From a bacterium (GTDB taxonomy: Bacteria; UBA10199; 2-02-FULL-44-16; JAAZCA01), in NCBI GenBank assembly GCA_963674695.2, contig CAXXGI010000003.1:96001-160000 (forward strand): a stretch of DNA of 64,000 nucleotides, in the 5' to 3' direction. Under the pieces are notes generated by a model that made no database searches, was not told where the DNA came from, and saw only the letters and a program-made list of their open reading frames with translations. This document shows, in pieces, positions 49,736 through 57,884 of this stretch. A program made the translations under genes and the position numbers. Position 1 is the first letter of the stretch. Each line of letters begins with the position of its first letter.

Positions 49736-50653
49736 ATGTTTCAATACATCATCAAACGATTGTTTGCGGCAATTCCAGTTCTGTTGGCGGTCTCCACGAT
49801 CGTCTTCCTGCTCATCCATGCCATCCCCGGCGATCCGGTCGACCTGATCCTGGGCGAGCAGGCGCTCTCGGCCGACCGCACGCAGCTCGCGCACGAGTTG
49901 CACCTGGATGAGCCGCTCATCGACCAGTATGGCCATTTCTTGGCGGGGCTCGTCTCGGGCAACTGGGGCCAATCGCTCTTCGACAAACGCTCGGTCCTCT
50001 CCCACATCCACGATCGCTACGCCGCCACGCTGCTGCTCGCCGTCTGCGCCATGTGCGTGGCCATCGCGGTGGCCATCCCCGCCGGCATCTTCGCGGCCGT
50101 GCGTCGCGGAAGCATCTGGGATCAGATCACCATGTTCGTGGCGCTCTGGGGGATCTCCGTCCCCAACTTCTGGCTCGGTCCCGTGCTCATCCTTATCTTT
50201 GCCGTATACCTGGGATGGCTGCCCATCTCCGGGCGCGAGTCGCTCGCTTCGCTCATCCTTCCGTCGATCACGTTGGGCGCGGCGCTCGCCGCGATGCTCT
50301 CGCGGCTCACGCGCGCCTCCATGATCGAAGAGATCAAGCGCGAGTACGTCGTGGCTGCGCGGGCCAAGGGCCTTTCTGAACGACGCGTCATCTTCAAGCA
50401 CGCGTTGCGCAATGCGCTCAATCCGGTGATCACGATCATAGGACTCCAGGTCGGTTCCTTGCTGGCGGGAACGATCATCACCGAGAAGGTCTTCAACTGG
50501 CCCGGGATCGGCTCGCTCCTGCTCGACTCGATCAGTCGGCGCGATTATCCCCTGGTGCAAGGGTGTATCCTGGTCATCGCGTTCGCGTACGTCCTGGTGA
50601 ACACCGCAACCGACTGCCTCTATCGGGCGGTGGATCCGAGGGTGAAACTGTAA
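49736..50653 (+). CDS. Peptide ABC transporter permease (OppB/DppB family)
   Basis: IPGDPV, SVPNFWLG, EYVVAARAKGL, KHALRNA, EKVFNWPGIG, RDYPLVQG. Confidence 0.95.
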   Translation: MFQYIIKRLFAAIPVLLAVSTIVFLLIHAIPGDPVDLILGEQALSADRTQLAHELHLDEPLIDQYGHFLAGLVSGNWGQSLFDKRSVLSHIHDRYAATLLLAVCAMCVAIAVAIPAGIFAAVRRGSIWDQITMFVALWGISVPNFWLGPVLILIFAVYLGWLPISGRESLASLILPSITLGAALAAMLSRLTRASMIEEIKREYVVAARAKGLSERRVIFKHALRNALNPVITIIGLQVGSLLAGTIITEKVFNWPGIGSLLLDSISRRDYPLVQGCILVIAFAYVLVNTATDCLYRAVDPRVKL

Positions 50654-50693
50654 CGGCCGTGACACGTAACACGTAACACGATGGACTCGGAAG

Positions 50694-50829
50694 TGTCATC
50701 CCCGTGAAAACGGGGATCTCGATGGATTCGGAAGTGTCATCCTCGTGCAAACGGGGATCTCGATGTGCCGTGAGAATCGAGATTCCCGCCTTCGCGGGAA
50801 TGACAGGCTTGGGTTCGCGGGAATGACAA
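50694..50829. repeat. REP cluster (two tandem half-units plus inverted halves)
   Basis: Same 41-bp period and GTGAGAATCGAGATT spacer as 49465-49700. Confidence 0.85.
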
Positions 50830-50854
50830 CGATCAAACGGAAACGAAAAAGGGC

Positions 50855-51658
50855 ATGAAAAGCATTACCGCAAAAATCGGGATGGGGTTGGTGGCGATGA
50901 TGCTCGTCATGGCGCTGGCTGCGCCGTGGCTGGCACCGCACGATCCGCAGACCTATCATGTCGATCTCGCGTTTGCCGGGCCGTCGGCCGAATATCCGCT
51001 GGGCAACGACGCCGACGGGCGCGACATCCTCTCGCGCATCATCTACGGTTCGCGCGTCTCCCTCGGCATCGGGCTGGCGGTGGTCGTTGTCTCGCTCTGT
51101 GTCGGCACGATCATCGGACTCTTCGCCGGCTATTGGGGTGGGTTCACCGATCGGATCTTTCAGTTCGTCTCCGATGTCTTCCTCGCCTTTCCCGGTTTTC
51201 TCTTCGCCATCGCGGTGGCCGCCTTCCTGCGTCCGGCCGTGATCAACGTGGTGATCATCCTCTGCATCAAGGGCTGGGTGACCTACGCGCGACTCGTGCG
51301 CGGCCAGACGCTTTCCCTCAAGGAGCGCGAGTTCGTTCAGGCCGGGCGCGCCATCGGCGTGCGCATCCCTCGGCTCTTCGTGCGCCACCTCTTTCCCAAC
51401 ATGGTCGGGCCCGTGGTCGTCGCCGCCAGCTTCGGCATGGCCGGCGTCATCATCATCGAATCGTCGCTCTCCTTTCTGGGTCTCGGTGTTCCGGTCACCA
51501 CGCCTTCCTGGGGCGGCATGATCGATCAGGGGACGCAATACCTGCTCATCGCACCGCACCTGTCGATCTTCCCCGGCATCGCCATCATGATGATCGTGCT
51601 CGGCTTCAACTTCCTGGGCGACGGCCTGCGCGACAAACTCGCGCCGAGAGGGCGGTAA
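50855..51658 (+). CDS. Peptide ABC transporter permease (OppC/DppC family)
   Basis: LGNDADGRDILSRIIYGSRVSL, ARLVRG, ESSLSFLGLG, FNFLGDGLRD. Confidence 0.95.
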   Translation: MKSITAKIGMGLVAMMLVMALAAPWLAPHDPQTYHVDLAFAGPSAEYPLGNDADGRDILSRIIYGSRVSLGIGLAVVVVSLCVGTIIGLFAGYWGGFTDRIFQFVSDVFLAFPGFLFAIAVAAFLRPAVINVVIILCIKGWVTYARLVRGQTLSLKEREFVQAGRAIGVRIPRLFVRHLFPNMVGPVVVAASFGMAGVIIIESSLSFLGLGVPVTTPSWGGMIDQGTQYLLIAPHLSIFPGIAIMMIVLGFNFLGDGLRDKLAPRGR

Positions 51659-51698
51659 GGGCCGTAACACGTGATCAGAACGGTTCATCTGTTTTGTC

Positions 51699-51865
51699 TG
51701 TCACTCCCGAGGCCCCCTTGCCTGTGGGGTAATCGGGGATCCAGCCCGTTGTTGTCATCCTCGCGAAAGCGGGGATCTCGATGGGTTGTGAAAGTCGAGA
51801 TTCCCGCCTTCGCGGGAATGACACCCCTTGGTTTTGTCATCCCGAGCGGAGCCGAGGGATCCCTT
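51699..51865. repeat. REP cluster (mixed subtypes)
   Basis: TGTCATCCTCGCGAAAGCGGGGATCTCG...GCGGGAATGACA plus GTCATCCCGAGCGGAGCCGAGGGATC. Confidence 0.8.
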
Positions 51866-51886
51866 GTGAAGTGACACTTTTTTTGC

Positions 51887-51913
51887 GCAACTTTTTCCTC
51901 GTCGATGCGATAA
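51887..51913 (+). promoter_or_regulatory. Putative sigma28-like promoter
   Basis: GCAACTTTT-N10-TGCGATAA, 7 nt before ATG 51921. Confidence 0.6.
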
Positions 51914-51920
51914 CTGAGCA

Positions 51921-54692
51921 ATGGTTTATGCACCCGCCCCCACAACACTCGCTTCTCGCATGCACGCGATGGACGCCTTTCTCTCGAGCGCGGATGCGTA
52001 TGCCTTCGACCAGTCCTGGAGTGCGGTGGAAGAGGTCGTGCTCGCGCCCTTCGGTATCGAGACCGATGCCTTCGTTTCCCCCGTCTCGGATGATGTCGTC
52101 GATCGCGATCGCTTGAAGGCGCAGGTCGTGCGCGCCGTTCGTCCCGAGTTCGATAGCCGCATCGCTGGCATCGTCGAGGCGCGCGAACCGCTCGATCTCG
52201 ACCGTCTGTATCACCACGGTTTTGCCGGACCCTCGCACGCGGTCTTCTCGGCCGATCATGCCTATGCTGGGCGGTGGCTCTCCTTCGATCCGGCCAAGAG
52301 CATGATCGCTTCCGTGCTCATGCTGACGAAGAACATTCCTCCGCTCTATGCAGACCTCCTTCAGCGATGGGGGACGAGAGGACTCGATGGATTTCGTTCG
52401 ACCCATCACCCGATCGATGAGCTGCGCATTCAACACGAGATCGATCGGCTGCGGGCGATGCCGCGCCCCTTCGCCGAACGGACGCTGCGATACGTCTCGC
52501 CCCATACGCTTGCGCGCATCATCGAGCAGCTCGCCCAGGGCTTGGGCCTCGTCCATCCGCGTCAACTGAGTGGAGAAGATTTCAAAGTGAAGCTCCCCGG
52601 ATGGCGAACGGCCTGCCAAGGGCTCTACAAATATGGACTCAAGCTCGCTTCCGAAGAGGAGGGATCGCAGCAGGCGATCGACTGCCTGCTCGATCATCTC
52701 GACATGCAGCGGCTCGATGGGCTTCCCTTTCTGGATCAGGTGCGCATCCTGCGCATGCGTTCCTCGCGCATCTATTGGGATCGCGTGCCGCGGGGCCTCA
52801 AGCGCTATCTCATCGAGCGGCTCGCCACAGAGGCGGGCGTCGTCCATCCGCGCTTTCTGACGGCGCCGCAGATGATCAAGGTCGAGATCCCCGAACTCGG
52901 GTCAACGCTCTACACGCTCTACGACAACATGCTCAAGCGCACCACTGAACATGGGCGTGCGGTCGAAGCCCTCCTCGATGAACTGGGATTCGATTCCATT
53001 GAAGACCTCGATTGGGAGGTGCAGCTCAAGGGATTCAAGGAGCGCAGTCTGGTGCACTGGGGCGTCGTGCCCACATCGACGCAGCGAAAACTCTTGGAGG
53101 TGGCGCGTGCGCGCATGCCGAAACAGAACGGCATGGAGTGCCCGCACCTGCGGGCGTTGACCAGCGACCAGCTTAAGCGGAGCGTGATCGAAGAGATCGA
53201 CGTCGCCCTCGGCGGCTTGCACGAACACTATCGCGTCCGCGTGCCGGAAGGATATGCGGGGACGACCATCGATTGCATGCTCGATGAACTCGGCGTGCCG
53301 GCCTTTGCCGATCTCTCCTACGAGGAGCAGTGCCGTTGTCTGCGCTACGACAAAAGCTGGCCCTGGGATCGGGTGCCCAAATCGACGATACGGGAGATGA
53401 TCGAGCGGATTCAGAAACGTCATGATCTTCCCCATATTCGATATGTCACCCCCGAACACCTGAGAACGACGATCCTCCCCGAGATCGACCAATCCATCGG
53501 TGGCCTCTATACTCATTTTCAGCTGCGGCAGAACGTGACCGATCATCGGCCGGTCATGGACCTGATCTTCGATCATATCGGTGTGGAACCATTCGAAGAT
53601 ATGCCCTTTGACCTGCAGTTGGAATGGATGAACCATTCGGCCGGGCGCGCGTGGCGAGATATTCCCGATGCGATCATTCACCATCACCTTCGGGCGCTGA
53701 TGCGGACGAGTGGCGTTGCGGAACCCGGCGATCTGCTGACGAGTCATTTCGGTCGTCCGGTGCTGACGCGACAGGCCGGGATGCTGGGCCTGCTCACCTA
53801 TCTGAACCATGTGTGGAAAGACTCCGATCGCAGCGAGCGCGTCATCGACTGGGCCGCCCGCCGCTATGGGCTCCATACCCAGATGGGGATCGACGCCAAG
53901 TTTCGACAGGGGGGGCAGCTGCTCCAGTTGGATGAGACGCAGCATTTGATTCAGATGGCAAGGGTGGGCGATCGGCGCGCGCAGGAGCAACTCATCATCT
54001 TCTTCCATCCGCTCATCAAGAAGTTTGCGGCGGCCACGCTCAGCCGACAATCCCATTCCCGCCTGGGATTCGATGATCTGGTGCAGCTCGGGCGCCTGGA
54101 GCTCATGCAGTTGGCCAAGCTCTATGACCCAACACGAGGGGCCAAGTTTACGACCTATGTCTATTCATCGCTCCCCTGGCGCATGATGAATGCCGTGAAG
54201 CGCGACACCGGCGTGATCCATCGTCCGGCGCATTATCTGGCGGCTGCGGCAAAGCTCTTCAAAAAGCGTGCGCAATTGATTCAGGAATTCGGGGTTGAGC
54301 CGAGCGATGAGGAGCTGGCCCAGGCGCTCGGATGGACGCTCGATGAGGTGAAAGAGATTTTCCGCCATGCCTCGCGGGAGGTCTCGATTCACTCGCCCGT
54401 GGGCGAGGACGATTCGACGCTCGAGGACTTTATCCCGGATACGGCCAATGATATCGAAGCCTCGTTCGAGAATCGCAACCTGCAGTCACAGCTGCATGTG
54501 GCCATCGAGGGGTCGGGGTTGAATGAACGAGAACGCTTCTGTCTGCGAAAATATCACCTGGAGGGTCACACGCTTGAGGAGGTGGGCCAGATGTGGGGAG
54601 TCACCCGCGAGCGCATCCGGCAGATCGTGGTGAAGGCCATGCAAAAAATCGCGAACGGTCCCTATGCCAAGGCCTTGAAGGAGTTGTTATAG
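51921..54692 (+). CDS. Giant sigma70-family protein: ~95-aa tandem repeats plus C-terminal sigma regions 2-4
   Basis: DLVQLGRLEL...YDPTRGAKFTTY (r2), EPSDEELAQALG...SIHSPVGEDDSTLEDFIPD (r3), TLEEVGQMWGVTRERIRQI (r4); repeats start with W-x-x-V/I-P. Confidence 0.88.
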   Translation: MVYAPAPTTLASRMHAMDAFLSSADAYAFDQSWSAVEEVVLAPFGIETDAFVSPVSDDVVDRDRLKAQVVRAVRPEFDSRIAGIVEAREPLDLDRLYHHGFAGPSHAVFSADHAYAGRWLSFDPAKSMIASVLMLTKNIPPLYADLLQRWGTRGLDGFRSTHHPIDELRIQHEIDRLRAMPRPFAERTLRYVSPHTLARIIEQLAQGLGLVHPRQLSGEDFKVKLPGWRTACQGLYKYGLKLASEEEGSQQAIDCLLDHLDMQRLDGLPFLDQVRILRMRSSRIYWDRVPRGLKRYLIERLATEAGVVHPRFLTAPQMIKVEIPELGSTLYTLYDNMLKRTTEHGRAVEALLDELGFDSIEDLDWEVQLKGFKERSLVHWGVVPTSTQRKLLEVARARMPKQNGMECPHLRALTSDQLKRSVIEEIDVALGGLHEHYRVRVPEGYAGTTIDCMLDELGVPAFADLSYEEQCRCLRYDKSWPWDRVPKSTIREMIERIQKRHDLPHIRYVTPEHLRTTILPEIDQSIGGLYTHFQLRQNVTDHRPVMDLIFDHIGVEPFEDMPFDLQLEWMNHSAGRAWRDIPDAIIHHHLRALMRTSGVAEPGDLLTSHFGRPVLTRQAGMLGLLTYLNHVWKDSDRSERVIDWAARRYGLHTQMGIDAKFRQGGQLLQLDETQHLIQMARVGDRRAQEQLIIFFHPLIKKFAAATLSRQSHSRLGFDDLVQLGRLELMQLAKLYDPTRGAKFTTYVYSSLPWRMMNAVKRDTGVIHRPAHYLAAAAKLFKKRAQLIQEFGVEPSDEELAQALGWTLDEVKEIFRHASREVSIHSPVGEDDSTLEDFIPDTANDIEASFENRNLQSQLHVAIEGSGLNERERFCLRKYHLEGHTLEEVGQMWGVTRERIRQIVVKAMQKIANGPYAKALKELL

Positions 54693-54719
54693 GCGGTCAC
54701 CCCCGAATCTCTCCTTGTT

Positions 54720-54835
54720 TGTCATCCCTGAGTGGGGTAATCGGGGATCTCGATTGCTTATGAAATTCGAGATTCCCGCCTTCGCGGGAATGACACCCCT
54801 TGGTTTTGTCATCCCGAGCGGAGTCGAGGGATCTC
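54720..54835. repeat. REP cluster nearly identical in layout to 51752-51865
   Basis: Shared string GAGATTCCCGCCTTCGCGGGAATGACACCCCTTGGTTTTGTCATCCCGAGCGGAG. Confidence 0.85.
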
Positions 54836-54855
54836 TTGTTCTCGAAGGAGTTTCT

Positions 54856-55911
54856 ATGTCACTCGGACAACTGTTAATGATCGGTTTCGACGGCACGACG
54901 GTTTCACCGGAACTCGCTGCGCTTATGCGCGACGTGCAGCCGGGCGGCGTGATCCTCTTTGCGCGCAATTGCGAGAGTCCCGAACAGGTGCGCACCCTCA
55001 TCGCCGACCTCACCGATGCGGCCGAGGCACCGTTGATCGTCGGCGTCGACCAGGAGGGCGGGCGTGTGGCGCGGTTGAAAGCTCCCTTCACCGAGCTGCC
55101 ACCGATGAACCGCATCGCGCGTGCCGGGAGCGATGCGCGCGAACTCGCGCGCGAGGTCGGCGCGATGCTGGCGCGCGAACTCGCTGCGGTCGGCTTTACG
55201 CTCGACTTCGCCCCCGTGCTCGACGTGAACACCAATGCACAAAACCCCGTCATCAACGACCGCGCCTTCTCCGCCGATGCACAGGTGGTCGCGCGACTCG
55301 GCTGCGCCTTCATCGAGGGCATGCAGGGAGAAGGGGTTGCCGCCTGTGGCAAGCACTTCCCGGGACACGGCGATACCACCATCGATTCGCACAAAGGCCT
55401 GCCGCGCGTCGAACATGCGCGCGAGCGCCTCGGTTCCACCGAACTCGTGCCCTTTCGTGCTGCCATCGCGGCCAGCGTCGCCTCCCTCATGACCGCACAC
55501 CTGCTCGTCACCGCGTATGATGAGCAGGATCTCGCCACGACATCGAGTGCCATCACGACCGGTCTCTTGCGTAAGGCCCTCGGTTTTGAGGGGCTCGTCT
55601 TCACCGACGACCTCATCATGCGCGGCATCGCCGACCGCTACGGAACGGAGGAATCCGCCTGGCGCGCCATCGCCGCCGGCGCCGACGTGGCGCTCGTCTG
55701 CGAGGGCGAGACGAACGTGCGCCAAGCACTCGATGGACTCGCGCGCGCCCTCGACGACGGCAAACTCGATGGCGAACACATCGCCGCATCGCGCGTGCGC
55801 ATCGCACGCTTCACCGACCGCTTCTGCAACCCAAACCGCATGCGTCCCCCCATGACCATCATCGGCTGCCCCGAACACCAAACCCTCGCAAAACGCCTGC
55901 ACGAGCTGTAA
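54856..55911 (+). CDS. nagZ: Beta-N-acetylhexosaminidase (GH3)
   Basis: GGVILFARN, VDQEGGRVAR, FAPVLDV, KHFPGHGDTTIDSH, FTDDLIM. Confidence 0.95.
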   Translation: MSLGQLLMIGFDGTTVSPELAALMRDVQPGGVILFARNCESPEQVRTLIADLTDAAEAPLIVGVDQEGGRVARLKAPFTELPPMNRIARAGSDARELAREVGAMLARELAAVGFTLDFAPVLDVNTNAQNPVINDRAFSADAQVVARLGCAFIEGMQGEGVAACGKHFPGHGDTTIDSHKGLPRVEHARERLGSTELVPFRAAIAASVASLMTAHLLVTAYDEQDLATTSSAITTGLLRKALGFEGLVFTDDLIMRGIADRYGTEESAWRAIAAGADVALVCEGETNVRQALDGLARALDDGKLDGEHIAASRVRIARFTDRFCNPNRMRPPMTIIGCPEHQTLAKRLHEL

Positions 55912-55975
55912 CCTACCCCCCTCCTTTGTAAGCATGTCCTGAGCAACGTCGAAGGAGAGGGGATGGGGGAGGTAG
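55912..55975. repeat. GC-rich hairpin after nagZ (CTACCCCCC...GGGGGAGGTAG)
   Basis: Imperfect inverted repeat right after the stop codon; repeat element or terminator. Confidence 0.45.
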
Positions 55976-56013
55976 ATCCAGCCTCACGCTCAGCATTCCC
56001 GGCCGGTAAAATT

Positions 56014-56163
56014 GAGCCATCGTCCGGCAGGGTGATTTTCGGGGACCGCCGCCTCGGCTCAAACGCCGCCGAGACGGCTTTTTCTTCTTTCGTCGCAGCA
56101 TATGAGGCTTCGATCGCGACGAAAGAAGAGATCCCCGAAAATCACCCTCCCGAACGATGGCTC
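56014..56163 (+). ncRNA. Candidate structured RNA or miniature element (150 nt, copy 2)
   Basis: 32-bp terminal stem with 2 mismatches, two inner hairpins; motifs shared with 10849-10999. Confidence 0.4.
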
Positions 56164-56186
56164 CATGGTGACCTTCCCCGTTTTTT

Positions 56187-56255
56187 TGTCATCCCCGCGC
56201 AGGCGGGGATCTCGCCTTAAGGTTGTCATCCCCGAGTGATGCTGTCGGGGATCCA
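56187..56255. repeat. REP half-units
   Basis: TGTCATCCCCGCGCAGGCGGGGATCTCG and TGTCATCCCCGA...TCGGGGATCC. Confidence 0.7.
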
Positions 56256-56578
56256 GCCGTGGTTGTCCCACATGAACCGCTCTCCTGCCTGCCACGGTAT
56301 TTCACCCGGCTGGATTATGCCGCATGGCCTGCCAAGCACCCTGCCGGGCTTTTGTCTCACTTCCGCGACGAAGGGAAGGAGGGCGTGGCAGGCAGTCTCG
56401 TACCGGTTTCGGCTCGAGAGGAGGGGGAGCCCGGGGTCTGGGGTCTCCGCTCCCGCTCGGGGCTGTTTCGGGCATCGAGGTTCCATTTTGGCCGTCTCCC
56501 GCAGAACCAGTCGAAATAAATCAAATAAAAACAGTGTTTTACGCAAGCCATCCTCCAGCGCCGCAAAATGGGGACTCC

Positions 56579-56594
56579 TGGCCCACCTCTTGCA
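56579..56594 (+). promoter_or_regulatory. Putative sigma54 (-24/-12) promoter
   Basis: TGGCCCACCTCTTGCA, GG-N10-GC spacing, AT-rich tract ~60 bp upstream. Confidence 0.55.
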
Positions 56595-56717
56595 TTATCT
56601 TTGGGCAGGGTGGGTCCTCACATGAGGCGAAAAGTGTGCAAAGATGAGCGATATCAAGAGGTTCTATGATTTGGCGCGACGCAATGGCGCCGTTGAAGCG
56701 GTGAGAGGAGTCCCGGG

Positions 56718-57884
56718 ATGACGAAGGTTGGTTCACATCATGCGGATGGCTGGCAGAAAAAGACCGGTCAGAAGCAGATCCACGAGCAGGGCCAGAAACA
56801 GGTCCGCACGGATGTGAAGCTCTCGGCCAAGCAGACCTCTCAGGCCCTGGCCCGTGAGCTGCACCAGCCCAAGTCGACCGACGGGGCCAGCCGCATGCGC
56901 GAGCAGGCGCAGCCGCAGTCCGGGCGCGATGTGTCGCAGCCGATGCAGAAGCAGCGCGGCGAGATGCAGCAGAAGGCCGCCAACGCGCAGACCAAGGAGT
57001 TTGTCGGCGCCAAGCGCGATGCGCAGCAGCTCTCGAACCTCGTCAAGTCGCCGGCCAAGGGCGCGGCCACGAAGGATGCGGTGGCACAGAAGGGGGTCGC
57101 CAGCGAGCCGAACCTGGGCAAGCAGAATGCCGGTACGAAGAATCAGCCGCAGGTCCTGCAGAAGAACGTGAACCAGGCGGTGCGCCAGCAGTCACAGCAG
57201 GTCGCGGCCAAGCATGTGGTCACGCAGCACAAGGCGCGCGCGACGACGCCGCAGGCCAAGACGACCAAGCAGGCCAAACAGGCCAAACAATTGACCGAAC
57301 AGCCCAAGCCCGATGGCGCGCAACAGGCGCGCTATGCCCCACGCGCAGCAGCGCAGGCGGGACAAGCCGGAAAGATGGGGCAACAGGACGGGCAGGGCGC
57401 GGTCAAGCAGCGCAGCGCAAGCAAAGGGGAGAAGAAGAAGGGCGAGAAAAAATCGAGTGCTTCGCGCGGCAGGGGGGCATCGGCGACCGGCGCCGAGCGG
57501 GCCGGGGCGCAACGCGACCTGGGCGCGCTCCTCGGTGGCGGTGGTTTTGGGGGCGACGGCGACGAGGGGTTTGAATCCTTTAGCGGCAATGCCTCCATCG
57601 AGGGCGATGGCGTCGAAGGATCCAAGGGCCTGCCCGAGTCCGATCCGGCCTCACCGGTCTTTAACGAGCCGTCAGCTGGCGACGCCGTCATGGGACGCGC
57701 GCGTCTCTACGGCCGCCTCGTGGAAAAGCGCATCCAGGAGATCGCGCAGCTCAACGACGAGATCGAGACCAAAATTAAAACCATGTTCGAGACGACGCCG
57801 CTTCGCGAACGCATCGTTTCGGAATGTGAAACCTTGAGCCAAGCCGTCGTGCTCGGCTCCTACAAGGATATCCGTTATGGGTAA
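56718..57884 (+). CDS. Gln/Lys/Ala-rich low-complexity hypothetical protein (388 aa)
   Basis: AGGAG RBS, strongly GC3-biased codons; overlaps next gene by 8 nt. Confidence 0.8.
   Translation: MTKVGSHHADGWQKKTGQKQIHEQGQKQVRTDVKLSAKQTSQALARELHQPKSTDGASRMREQAQPQSGRDVSQPMQKQRGEMQQKAANAQTKEFVGAKRDAQQLSNLVKSPAKGAATKDAVAQKGVASEPNLGKQNAGTKNQPQVLQKNVNQAVRQQSQQVAAKHVVTQHKARATTPQAKTTKQAKQAKQLTEQPKPDGAQQARYAPRAAAQAGQAGKMGQQDGQGAVKQRSASKGEKKKGEKKSSASRGRGASATGAERAGAQRDLGALLGGGGFGGDGDEGFESFSGNASIEGDGVEGSKGLPESDPASPVFNEPSAGDAVMGRARLYGRLVEKRIQEIAQLNDEIETKIKTMFETTPLRERIVSECETLSQAVVLGSYKDIRYG

Noticed and set aside
51921-54692. Calling this gene rpoD or fliA
   Set aside because: Lacks RpoD regions 1.1/1.2 and the WW dyad; region 4.2 is not FliA-like and the N-terminus is a repeat array
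55963-56647. Short ORFs between nagZ and the 56718 gene
   Set aside because: Overlap hairpin and REP elements, no RBS or family motif; treated as non-coding
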